Shown here one piece after another: positions 40,901-52,701 of a stretch of 64,000 nucleotides of DNA; positions within the stretch are counted from its first letter, which is position 1, and every line of letters begins with the position of its first letter. Position numbers and translations under genes: made by a program. The notes under the pieces are model-generated. The model was not told the DNA's origin, ran no database searches, and saw only the letters and a list, made by a program, of their open reading frames with translations. Source of the DNA: Pocillopora damicornis (lineage: Eukaryota); contig NW_020843823.1 of NCBI RefSeq assembly GCF_003704095.1, positions 186,001-250,000 on the forward strand, given 5' to 3'.

Positions 40901-41135
40901 GCGAGATCTGAAATTTGATGACTTCAGGATGCTTGCTGAGAAAGTTGGATTCAACAGGGATGAGATACGGATGATTGAACAGGGTGAAAATCCTACTGAC
41001 AAGGTTCTGCAGACCTGGTCATCAAAGAGAGAGGCTACTGTTGGAAACTTAATTGACCTGTTGACAGGTGAGGACCTGGAGAGAATGGATGTGGCAAAGG
41101 TGCTTGAAGACTGGGTAAATGATACTTGTCATTAA
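37961..41135 (+). CDS. GT4 (GT-B) glycosyltransferase-like domain plus C-terminal MyD88-like Death domain, paralog A (~589 aa)
   Basis: Exons 37961-38063, 38640-39818, 40648-41135; all GT-AG, phase 1; 1770 nt open. GT4 motifs KGCDIA and DLVIKPSRTEGFG..., VPVLVS. Death domain VSNLPLKEYRKVCIMLN...DDFRMLAEKVGF..DEIRMIEQGENPTDKVLQTW..ATVGNLIDLL...RMDVAKVLEDW. Confidence 0.88.
39889..40146 (+). mobile_element. MITE-like short element (ttaaccct...agggttaa family) with an (AAT)n expansion
   Basis: Same family as 55067-55518, 62298-62480, 62812-63008 and 42590-42750 (aaggagaatttg.ttaa.aatcaagagcttc...ggagaaattaga...tcactct.agggg.taa.gggttaa). Confidence 0.6.
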
Positions 41136-43671
41136 ACATTTAGAGTACGGCTCCTCCCCAAGTCAGATTTGAATGTTCTTGATGTGGAAGAACAAGCAGA
41201 TCTAGTTTTTATCAGTAAAAGTTTTGTACAGTATGGCAAGAAATTTGTAGACTTGGAGAAGAATGTTCTAGTTTTTTTTGTTTCCATAGAACCTCTGTTT
41301 TAACTTTGGTCAAATGATAGTTTATGAACTTTAAGTCAACTTTATTTGTGATGATCTTTTCTCAGGTCTTGATCTTGATGTGTAAGATTGGTAGCTTGTA
41401 TCTAGCTCTTTTAAAAGTGCATGCCCTTTCAAGATTTAATTTCATGTAGTATTAAAACAGAGAATTTAGCCTAATTGACATTAGCTGGTAACATTAACCT
41501 AATTTTTCCTTTTGGTATGTTAAAAAAAATAGTATTTAGAAAGGGGTTGAAGCCAGTGTTGAAACTAATCAACATAATCATCTTTGGCTGATTCTTTTAT
41601 AGACAAGTAGTTGGTCAAGGTGACCTCTTTTGTCAACAACTGAGTACCTTTGTCTCGTATGTGGGAGAGAAATGGAAGGATGCTAGGATTTGCACCGTTT
41701 AAGGTCACTATGCTGTGTTCTTGGGTAGTATATTAACTCTCACAGGTCCTTGCTGCAGAAACAAGCTTAGTAGCTAAGTTCTGGTAGCTGTATGAGTCAG
41801 TCTTGTAAGCAGAATTTTCCTTTTGTCACTTTGCATACAACAGATGTGACAAAAAAATGAAACAATGCAAACAAATAACTTCTAGACAACATTTAAGTTT
41901 CAATTAGTATATGAAAGTAGTCTTGTCATAGATATCTATCATTTTTATAGTTAAATGGCTTGTATGTTCACTAATTCTTTAAAAAAGAATGTATTTGAAT
42001 ACATAGTCTAGAGTGTGTTAATGTTACACTTAACATATTTATACTTCTTTTATTTAGTTTTACACCAATTGTTAAGGTTATTTTATAAGTTAACTTTTTT
42101 TTAGGTGGTATGGTTAATAACAATGATGTGGAGCAAGTGTCAAACCTGATGAGTGTAAACATTAAAATTACTTAATGGGAGAATTGGTTTAGTAGAACGA
42201 GTGATTGAGTCTTCATGTATTTTTTTTTCATTTTTTTGCTTCCTTGCATGCTGCCTTAGCTTGATGAGTTGACCAGTTTCCTGCTGCATGTTGAAATAAT
42301 TATATTACATATGACCATCAACAACAATAAATTGCATATTAGGTCATGGGTTCAAATCCTGTACAGGCCTGAATTTTTTTTCAAGCCTTATTTCAACTAC
42401 TAGTTCAGTGGTGTTCTTAATTGCAAGGATCAATTCTATATTTGTATATTAGGCTATTTTAGTGTCTCAAAAGGAAATTTAAATCTGGACTCTCCTGGAT
42501 GAAGTGACATCCACATCAGTTTACCATTTTCTAAATTTGCCAGTATCACCATCAATTTTTTACAACCTAGCTAACATTAGTGTTCACTGATCTCTCTACT
42601 TTTCCTGTGGTGATGATAGGGAGAATATATGCCAGTCAGAAGCTTCTTAAATTGGTTATCATTTTCATAAATTTCATGACCTTTACATTTGATTCAAGTG
42701 TGAAACTGTGATAAGAAATAAGATTCCTGTTACTCTTATAACAAAGGTTAAGAAATAGGGTCCCTATGAAATAATGGTTGCTTTGCATTCTTATTACTTG
42801 ATAAGAGGTCAAAGTTTTACAATGACAAAAGATGCAAAAGCACTATGCCTATTGACACTGTTTTAGCATGATGACCCTTCTCAAACTAGCTGCAAATGGA
42901 TGTGTCTTGTTTTCTTTGTAAATTTTGTATCAAAACACATTTAGGAAAACCAAGAAAGGCTGAATTTAAAAATTTTGGCTGTTGTTACTTCCCTGTAAAT
43001 CAAAAGCTCACGAGAAAAGTAAAATGAAAATCTCAGTACAGGTTCTTTGAAATTATAGTGAACTTTAAGAAGAAGAGAGCCAGGTCTTGCAAAGTGGGAT
43101 GTAGATGCCAACCACTGTTATTAACCCCAACCAAAAACAGGCTAAAGTGTTGTTTGAAGTTACATTTATTTATTGATGACACCTTGAACTGATCAACTCT
43201 CTTGTCATTTGGAGTGAGTTCATATCCTAAGCTAAGCCAATACTTGATAACTTGCTGAGCAAGCTCGCTTGGTCAGAAAAGTAACTATGAACATTAACAA
43301 AAACTTCCAGAGAAACCTTTTTTCTTTGCTTTAAGCTTGGCAATGTACTGATATGTAGTGATCAAATGCATTATGCTATGCAAGTTGTTTTGAGCTAGAC
43401 CAACATGCAGCTATTAAGTTTTGTCTTCAATAATGAACAGTAAAAATGGTAATAATATTTTGAAAAAGCCCTATCATGGCTTTAGTTCACAACATAATTT
43501 CAGAATGTTAGACCTATGAGCTACATTGTCAGTCAACACAAAGATTTAAATTGTATGGTATCTATAATCAAATCGGGCAAAATACTGAGTCTCAAACTAC
43601 CTAACTTCCAGCAAACTCTACTCCCTTTTTCTAATATGTAGTGGTAAACTTTGAGTCTGAGGAGGATGTGA

Positions 43672-45953
43672 CTAAATCATGGTGAACATTTTTTCAACAA
43701 GGTTTTCACACTGATCTTTCCAGTTGAATTGCCCAGTGTACTCTTTTCTTAAAGACTCTGCCTCTGCATTGCGCCCTTTTGCATCCTTTGCTTTAACTTC
43801 TTTGATCTTGTCAGCCCAGACCTGGGGATCATTGGACTCCACAACATGGTTTGCTCCTGAGGGTAACTTCTTCAGAGCTACACCAAGGCCAATATTTCCG
43901 CTGACTAGGACAGGAAGGTCAGCAGAAATGGCTCGGACACCACTTATTCCAAAACCTTCTGTTCTGGATGGTTTTATGACAAGGTCTGCTTCACGGAGAA
44001 GATTGTTCCAATCCTCACTGCTTTTTGCAACTTTGACAGTGAGTTGGTCAGGATTAATGCCCTCCTGGAGCAAAGCTTGGGTCATCTCTGTTACATTCTC
44101 ACTAGGCTTCACAACAAACACAAGGTGGATGGATGGTGTACCAGTTAGTTTGATTGCTTTAGCAGCAATGTCACAGCCTTTGATCTTGAAATATTTGGAT
44201 GAACCACTGATCAACACACGGAACACTTCACTGTCATCTTGAGGGGGTCGTACACCAACAAGGTTGAGGAAAATTCCTGGTGTCAGGTCAATGACCTCTT
44301 TCTGTATTCCACCAAGTTGGAAAGCTGATCTGTAAGCTTCTGCCACTTTGGGTCCAATTGCAACCACGATATCAGCTTGTTTGCACAATGCAAGTTGCAA
44401 CTCATGCTCAGATGTATGCTCAGGTGCAAATGGCACAAGTTCCTCACTCACAGTGTGCAGAACATGAAGCCACTTGCAATTCTTGGTCTCCTTAATAATC
44501 TGTGCTTGTCGACCCACTTCATGTCCATAAGACTGCATCATCAAGACATCAATATTGAGACCATCAGGTGGATAAGCCAGCAAGTCTGCTGATGAATGCC
44601 CTGAGATATCTTTTGCATCAACAAGCTCAATGCCTAACTTCTGAGCTGCATCTCTCTGCTGCTGAGTGTTTTGAGGTACAAATCCAGTAATCTTCACTTT
44701 TGGGTTGCTGGCAAGCTCAAGAAGTAACTGGCCATTCACAGCTTTGTCCCAGCCCACATTACTAGCAACCAAGGTGACATTCAGTTTCTGTGCATCTCCT
44801 GAAAGTAAAATTTTAAACAGTTACTTTAAATTATTTAATAACTATAATAATATGTTTGGTTAGGTTAAAATATTGGTGACCATATTATGACTATAACTGT
44901 AATAAAGAGATTAATTCTGCATTCTTTACTCTTGAGCAGACATTTTGGGTGACTTATTTTGTCCAAAATTGAAAAAGGTAGGGTTTAGAAAGATAATTAT
45001 AAGGTGGCATTCATAATCCATAATTTATCTAATGAGAGTTCAGTAGCTCTTGTAAGACTTAATACCTCTTTTTCTAGAGGAAAGGTAGATGTTAATCTGT
45101 AACCTTAATTTTAAGTGTAGTGAATTGATTATAATCATTCATTTAAAATAATCCCACAATTCATGGTATAGATGTGATATTACTTTCTTGAATAGGATTC
45201 CTGATATGAACTACTTCCCCCCTTCAAGTCTTCATCCCGTCCTTCCCCTATTCTAGCTAAATAGGACAGTACACATTTACACTTTGGGAGAGGTCTGTCC
45301 GTTTAGTTTTACCATAAAATAATATTTTCCTGCCGCCATTGACACATAAAATAGAAAATCTCAGTTCTCTGGTAAAAGTTCACGAAAATCGTCTACATAT
45401 AAAGAGAATTCCCTTTTTTTCGCCCAGCAGTCAAGTCGAAAGACGTCTTGATCCACATGTCATGATGATCTCAAAATTTGAAATGAAAATTTATCAAATG
45501 TTTCCTACTCGCCTGTAGCATCTATTTACAGCGAGTTCAAGTATAAAATTTGTCATCAATGTGCATTTCGTACGACGAACCTTCAACATTTCCTCCACTT
45601 CCGTCTTCAAAGCAAAACTGCTGACGAATCATATTAGTGCGCACTTTCAGCTTAGCGCGCTTAGTGTATGTGCTTGTGATTTCCTCACACATAGCAGTGA
45701 AAATTTTAATTTATTGAGGATAAAAGCGGATGGTAGCAGTAACTTATCTCAATTATTAAGGGCACATATGGTTAAAAGTTGACCCATTTTGGAAAAATTT
45801 GACTAAGGCTGATTTTAGCACGCACGAGAACATAGAGAGAACTGTGTCTGATTGCACCTCGAATCTCGCTGAACACTGTAGTACATGAACTCAGATGATT
45901 AAAATGTGCTCTTCAAGAACGAAAAGATTAGTCTCACCTGTAACACCTGACAT
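43672..45953 (-). CDS. GT4 glycosyltransferase-like protein without a Death domain, paralog B (~380 aa)
   Basis: Exon 1 45953-45938 (ATGTCAGGTGTTACAG|gtgaga) plus exon 2 44798-43672 (tttcag|GA). MSGVTGDAQKLNVTLVAS...DLVIKPSRTEGFGISGVRAISADLPVLVS...FNWKDQCENLVEKMFTMI*. The stop lies where the paralogs have a splice donor. Confidence 0.88.
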
Positions 45954-46220
45954 TTTGAATCATGTGGTACTCAAGATCAAAAAGATGAGAATCGAGAGTT
46001 TTCGCGAGGGTTTTCGACTATACTCCGTTACTGGTACTGTCAAATGGTCTGACCGAGGGAGTACTGGAGACGGCTTGTTTCACTTCCTTAATTTCCGCGA
46101 AAGTGGGGGGTGTTTGGTGCGATGCCGAAGCGACTCCAGATGTCGAGACAAGAATTAGAAGCGAAGGAAACCATCCCAGCTACAGCGAATCAATGACCAT
46201 AAATGAATGTTACATAGCAA
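45954..46220. promoter_or_regulatory. Putative bidirectional promoter shared by paralogs B (-) and C (+)
   Basis: CpG-richer interval between the B start codon (45953) and a strong plus-strand donor (caa|gtaagt at 46221), which could splice to the acceptor ttccacag at 47918 upstream of the C ATG. Confidence 0.45.
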
Positions 46221-47939
46221 GTAAGTTCTACAAATTTAAATTCTCCCCGATTTGATTACCGGTAGGTTTCTAATGTAGCTAATCTGCAAAAGTTCAAAAC
46301 CGAAAGAGGAAAACGCAATGGATTCCCCATTAAGAAACGAAAATGAAAGAATCGGTTTTAGTCCTATTCATCTTTTGCTCGCGTATGAGGTGATTCCAGC
46401 TGTTAGGTTCTTAACTCCTATGCAGTTTTGTTTTCGATCAATATTTAGACAATGCGCATAGTGATTACTCGATCGCTTTCACGCCAGAAAATGTGTTATG
46501 ATTGTCTTGTATGAATTCTCCAAACGAATCTGTAACGCATGAGATTTAAGCATATTTTCTCTTTCAAAGTTGTACGTACATCCAGCGAATTTTTTTAAAT
46601 TCTTAGTTTCTCATGGTTTAAATATAGCTTTGCGAGGAAACGTTGACAAAACCATGAGTTTACTGATGCCATGCCTGGAGTAATTAGTGATGACATTCGA
46701 TCTGCATCTGGACGCGTCATCTAGTAATCGCAGCTGCCGAGTTGATTTCAAATCCTGAAAATTAAATATAGATTTTTGTTTTCATTCTGCCTCTTGTCAT
46801 GTATTAAATGTAGCACTTTCAACCGATCAAAGCCAATCAGGGATACAGTTGCTTGATCATGATAATATTCTTTATAATATTCTTTAATCAGGGCGAAGGG
46901 GTCAAGCTTCAAAATCTGTTTTTGGGAAAGACACTTTCCTCTTCAGTATCTCTATCTGCTAAGCGTGTCTGTGGGTGCCATAAAACTGTAATAGGAACCT
47001 GACAAAACTGATCTTGGGAGGTTTCCTTGCAGTGGACAAGCATCCCATTAGTGAAGGAGGGCAGGAAGGGCAAAGTAGCAACAGGGGTGGATCTAGGGAA
47101 GGGGTGTAGAGGATGTGCTCCCCCCTTGCCTGAGATGACCTGTGACTGTTTTATTGGTGTTGAAGTAAAACATGAGACAAAATTAAGGAATTCTTGTGAA
47201 ATACAGCATCCGTTAAGTATTATTTGTATTCTTGGCAGTTCACATTATGTTATTATGACAGACTGATAAATTTATTAAGTAAGAACATTTTAACATTGCA
47301 GTTAGTAAGCTGATATTTAAAATAAGTTAAAAAAAAATTTAACAAATGCATAGTCCTTTAAAACAACCATGCACAATAGTATTTGAATTATAGAATATAT
47401 GTCAATAAGTATCTGATTTACTTGTTTAGTAGACTTATTATATGCAAAACTAATACCTACTCTATGAAAATATAGCAACAGTGTTGTCACTTGTAACAAG
47501 TTAAACAAGAAGACCACCTTGTTGCATAATCAGCAATTCATTTGAGCTATCATCAATCCATTTCTGTCTTGTCACATTTTGTCACAATATAAATACTTGT
47601 CAATGAGTGTATATTGTCCCAACTGTAATATATGCAGAAATGCTACCAAATATATAAACTCGTGAGTTTAGTTCAATATAGGATTATTACTTTCATTTGT
47701 GTGTGTATGAATAAAGAACTTTTGCAGAACCAAGTAGTTAACACACCTTGTCATAAACCTTCTTCTTCCTTGCTTGCTTTTGAAATTTATTTCAGTCACC
47801 CATCAGTCATGTCATTCTTTAGTAAGAGCAAATACTCTTAGTTATACCTGACTCTAGATGACACAGTTGAGTTTGAATTTTCAAATAAAATTTAGTTTCT
47901 TTCCTCCTTTTTCCACAGTTGGCTTCTCAGCAGTAAAAT

Positions 47940-50900
47940 ATGGAGAAATGTAGATTAAACATAACCTTGGCCACTGGTGCAGTTGGATGGAACACATTGG
48001 TGAACAACCAGTTACTTATTGAACTTGCAAAAAATTCAAAAGTGAAAGTGACTGGACTTGTGCCAAGAAGCACCCAGGAACAGAAAGAACAGGCCAAGAA
48101 GTTAAATGTTGAACTTGTTGATGGCCAAGAACTGGATGGTTTTTCTTCAATGGAACTCCTGTCTTTCCCACCAGATGATCTTGAAATTGATGTTTTGTTC
48201 ATGCACTCATATGGGCTTCATGAGGGAAAACATGCACAGAACATAAGAACAGCTAAGAAATGTAAATGGTTTCACATCATCCATACCATTGGCGAAGAAC
48301 TTGCTAAATATATGGATAACAAATGTGAGCAGGAGTCAGAGCACCAGCTACAGCTTAAACTGAGTCGGAAAGCAGACTGTGTAATTGCAATTGGTCCCAA
48401 AGTAGCAGACACCTTCAGATCTGAACTGTGTCATTGTGGAAAGAGCAATGATGTCATTGATTTAACTCCAGGGATCATGAAGGAATTGGTAGGTGTGCGA
48501 GCATTCCAACAATGTGGAGAAATCTTCCGCATCTTGATCAGTGCAACATGGTTTGCAAAGTATTACAAAGTAAAGGGGCTGGATATTGCAGCCAAGGCCA
48601 TGACGTTCTTGAAAGAGGTATCATGCCATCTGATCTATATTGTCAACAAAGATGAAGATACCGAAGACCTCAAGAACCAACTCCTTCAGGAAGGGATTGA
48701 GCTGAACCAGCTTACTGTGCGACGTTTGCAAAGTTCTAACTTGGAAAATTGGAAGAGTCAGCTGTGTCAAGTCAATCTTATCATTATGCCAGCACGAACA
48801 GAGGGCTTCGGCACAACCAACCTCCGTGCTATTTCTGCTGACCTCCCAGTACTTGTCAGCCAGAATTGTGGTTTTGGAATGGCTCTGAAGAAATTGCCCT
48901 CTGGAGAAAAACATGTCATTAAATCAAATAAACCTGAAGTTTGGGCAGAGAGGATAAAAGAAGTCCTAGAAAAAAGGCCAGAAGATCTGATGTCAGAAGC
49001 GAAGAAGCTTCGCAAAGAGTATGAGGAAAAATACAACTGGGAGAAGCAATGTGAAGATCTTGTTGACAGAATGCTTACAATGTTTCCAAGCAAACAAGGT
49101 GTGTTTGATTTATCACAGATTCACAGAGTGCTTGTCCACGCTAAGAGAAGGTTCACTTTGAGAGCTAGCTCTAATGGTATAGCAAAATTTAATGTTGGTG
49201 AATTGTTGATTTACCTGAATTTACTCCCACTCCAGGTTTTTTTTTCTCTGAAGAGTTATAGTATCACAAATTTTTTTCTGCATTGTACAAGAGGTAATTT
49301 CAATGGCATCATATATCATTCAATAAAATACCTATGAATGTCTTGAGTTACAACTGTTGAGTGAGTCTCAACTATTACAAATTAAATACAAAATTTCAGC
49401 AAAAAGTTGTTCTTATTTTTTCTTATATTTTGAAAAAGGGAAACCAAAGCTCTGCTCTTGATACTTTTAACTCAAACTGCCTTTCACTAGCATTGTGTTT
49501 ACATCTTTTGTCCTTAATGTAGTCCCTTTATTGGGAGACGCAGTGGCCAGAGGTCTGTGTTCAAGATCAGGCAGGTCAATGTGTTGTGTTCTTGGGCAAG
49601 ACACTTTTAGCCTCTCTCCACCCAGGAGTATGAATGGGTACCACCTAATTTTCAGGGAAGCCTGAAGAAATGCAGGGGGGGGGGGNNNNNNNNNNNNNNN
49701 NNNNNNNNNNNNNNNNNNNNNNNNNNNNNNNNNNNNNNNNNNNNNNNNNGGGCCACTAGGGTTATGTACAGTCACTCTACCCTTACTTTTACTCTCTTTA
49801 TGTAACAAATAGAGAAGCCTTGACTGTGCTCTGTTCTGTTGTAAAGCAGGAAAGAAGCAGTTAGAGCATGAAAGAAGTGTAGGGAGGAACACAAGACATA
49901 GTTGAGTGTGTCTCTCCACTTCTTGAGTGCTCAGCTTGAGTGCTCAGCTCTGTGTTTTGTACTCTGGTAGTCTATAATGTGGCTTGGGTTTAATTTTCGA
50001 ACTTGGTGTCTATCAAATGTGGGTTCATTTTGTTATTGGTTTTTGTCCTTGCTCAAGAATTTTTCATAGGGAACTCTACTTTTGTTTTCCTCCCTCCACA
50101 CACAAAAAAAGATTAACACTCCAACTCCCAATTTAACATGGAAACAGTGAGCAAAGAAATACTTTGTGGTTTTTTTATTTGTGTATGTTTTGATATATAT
50201 TTTTCATTGTTTTTAGCAACTTGATTAAAAGAATGTCTTTTCTTTCTCTCTTCAGAAGATTTCAAACAATGTGTTGAGCACGGTGAAGAGTCTGACCAAG
50301 CAAGGGGAGGGGATCCAGAAGTCCAGCAATGTGAAACCGAGGTAATGGTATATGAGGAGAGAATGCATGAAAATGGTAACCTTGGAAGCGCAGAGCTGAG
50401 GCTTGCAGGAAAAAAGAAAATCAACCAAAGTGAGAGAAAAGCTAACAAGGAGATGGTTGATGTTCTCCAGAGCAGGACTCAGGAACTGAGCCTTGTAACA
50501 AGAGAGTCTGAAAGTAAGAGCATAGACTACAAGGAAAAGGTTGAAATTGTCCAGGAGAGGACTCAGGAGGTGGGCCATGCAGCAGCAAAGGAGGTCAAGA
50601 AAAAGGGAAGTGGATTTGATCAGACAGATGGTGCAGCAGCAACATTAGATGGTGTTAATGATAGTGAATCAAACAGGGATCAGACAGGACAGCCTGTCAA
50701 AGCTCAAGACATTCCTTATTCTATTTTGAGTAAAATCTGCCTGAAACTAAATGCAAAGGATGACTTGTCTTTTAGAGATTTTCGCCTGCTTGGAGAGAAA
50801 ATGGGATTTGATAAAGATTTGACAAAAGTTTTAGAACAGAAAAGTAATCCTACTTATGAACTTTTTCAATTGTGGCATCCAAATCCTAAATCAACTGTGG

Positions 50901-50998
50901 AAAATCTTTTAATGATACTCAAAGATGATGAAATGGGGAGATGGGATGTTGTAACCGTTCTGGAAGACTGGTTGGAAGAAAAAGGGATTAAGAATTAG
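47940..50998 (+). CDS. GT4-like domain plus long acidic/charged linker plus MyD88-like Death domain, paralog C (~633 aa)
   Basis: Coding exons 47940-49098 and 50256-50998 (phase 1); in-frame TAA just upstream of the ATG. NLIIMPARTEGFGTTNLRAISADLPVLVS. Death domain AQDIPYSILSKICLKLN...RDFRLLGEKMGF...NPTYELFQLW..STVENLLMIL...RWDVVTVLEDW. Confidence 0.88.
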
Positions 50999-52701
50999 TT
51001 AGAAATAATGGAGAGTGTATAATATTAGGGTGGTTTGGCAGGAGGAGACAAATGTTTTCAGTTTTAACTACAGTTGATACACTGCACTGATAGATGAGGT
51101 GCTGAAATATTTTCAGTGGCAGAACAAGCATGTGAAGGGTGTTTCCTGCAATTAAATTGTGAGATTTAATCAGCAAATGTAAAAATGTTACCTTAAAAAG
51201 TACAAAGGTAGGGAATATTATAGGAGTATAACTGTTGTAGTAGTGGAGGAGTTGAAAAAGACCGATAAACTGTTTTAAAAAACTTTTAGTTTTTGAATTT
51301 GGAATTTTAGTCTTTTTGCATTAGTTATCAATCTTAGGTTGACAATATTAGCACAAATAAAAGTTTTTGTGAATCACAAGTCACAGAAATTGACAAGCAC
51401 AACTGTGTAGCAATCATAGCCAAAGCTGTTTATTTTTCTAAATTAGATGGCTTTTTAGCTCAGTGTTTTCCACAGATTTTGAAGAAGTCTGCTGTGATGG
51501 TAAAGTAACCAGAGCTTCCAAATCAAGTGCAAATTCAAGCTACGCTCGAAATTGTCTTACAAAAAAAAAAGGGAATTGTTTTCTGTGGCTTTGTCAAACG
51601 AAAGTAGCGGGCACTTGAGACGTGAGTATCCGGCAAAAACACCGGCTGCCAGGGCTTCTGGAGAACACTGTAAGCATTTATATATAGACTAAGTAAGTAC
51701 TGTAAGAAAGTGGTTCATAAGCAGAGGGTATCCATGGAATGGCCTCTCACCTGGTACTAACTTAAAAATAAATATCTGTGATTGAAAGATTAAAATAATA
51801 ATAACTCAAAATAGATAGGTTATAATAATAATAACTCAAAATAGATATTTGACATTGAAACTGGGAGAAAAGAAATGTGATACCACTTAAAGTAGTGTCA
51901 CAAAGAGAAGAAGTCTTTGGTTTGAAGGTTTATTTTTTATGTTTAAGTGTAACTTTACTTATGTTTTATTTAAGAAAAGGTGATCTTTTGTGAAAATGTC
52001 ACATTTACAATAAGCTTTTTGTAAATAAAGTTTCACACATTGTATCTGTGAAGTTTTGGTTGTGGTTAACATATACTTCCAGTTTAAAAACACAATGAAA
52101 TTTTAATGAACAAACTCTTGGATCCTCAGTCAGTCTTCTTGGGTTATTTCCTTTGTTCCGGTTGTCCACCTTGATTAATTTGCGTTGGGTTTAATACAAC
52201 TCAAAAGAAACTGGTGCCATAAGCCACTAACCATCATCAAACCTTGGTTATGAATTACCACTAAGAAGGGGTGGGTAGGGAGTGCACACCTACATGCTAT
52301 AAAGGGCTTTGCTACGGAACTCGTGTCCGCATCTTATTCACAGTACATACCTTTTTCAGGGGCGCGAATGAGACAGCTGAAAATAGCTAGAAATACAATA
52401 TCAAAGAGGTTTTATCCCTAACAGAAATCAGAATCTCTCTTAAAATATGTTTTGAGGACACTATGTGTAGCGTTATATGAATGATTTTCACAAATTTCGG
52501 CAATTTCGCGGGTCACTAACTCGTTCGGACCCTAATTGCTACATGTGGGCCCACTCTTTTCAAGGGATTACTTTTTGTAGACCATAGTCCCCTCTACTAA
52601 CTATGTGTAGACGTAGGCAGACATCTATATAGACATCTATTAGATGAAGTCTTCGAGGAAATGATAAATGGATTATAACTTTGTACACGGGATCTCTCGA
52701 T

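Noticed and set aside
43724-44242. Antisense ORFs over GT/Death exons (also 48767-49093, 54348-54647, 55846-56364)
   Set aside because: Shadow ORFs of real coding exons on the opposite strand.
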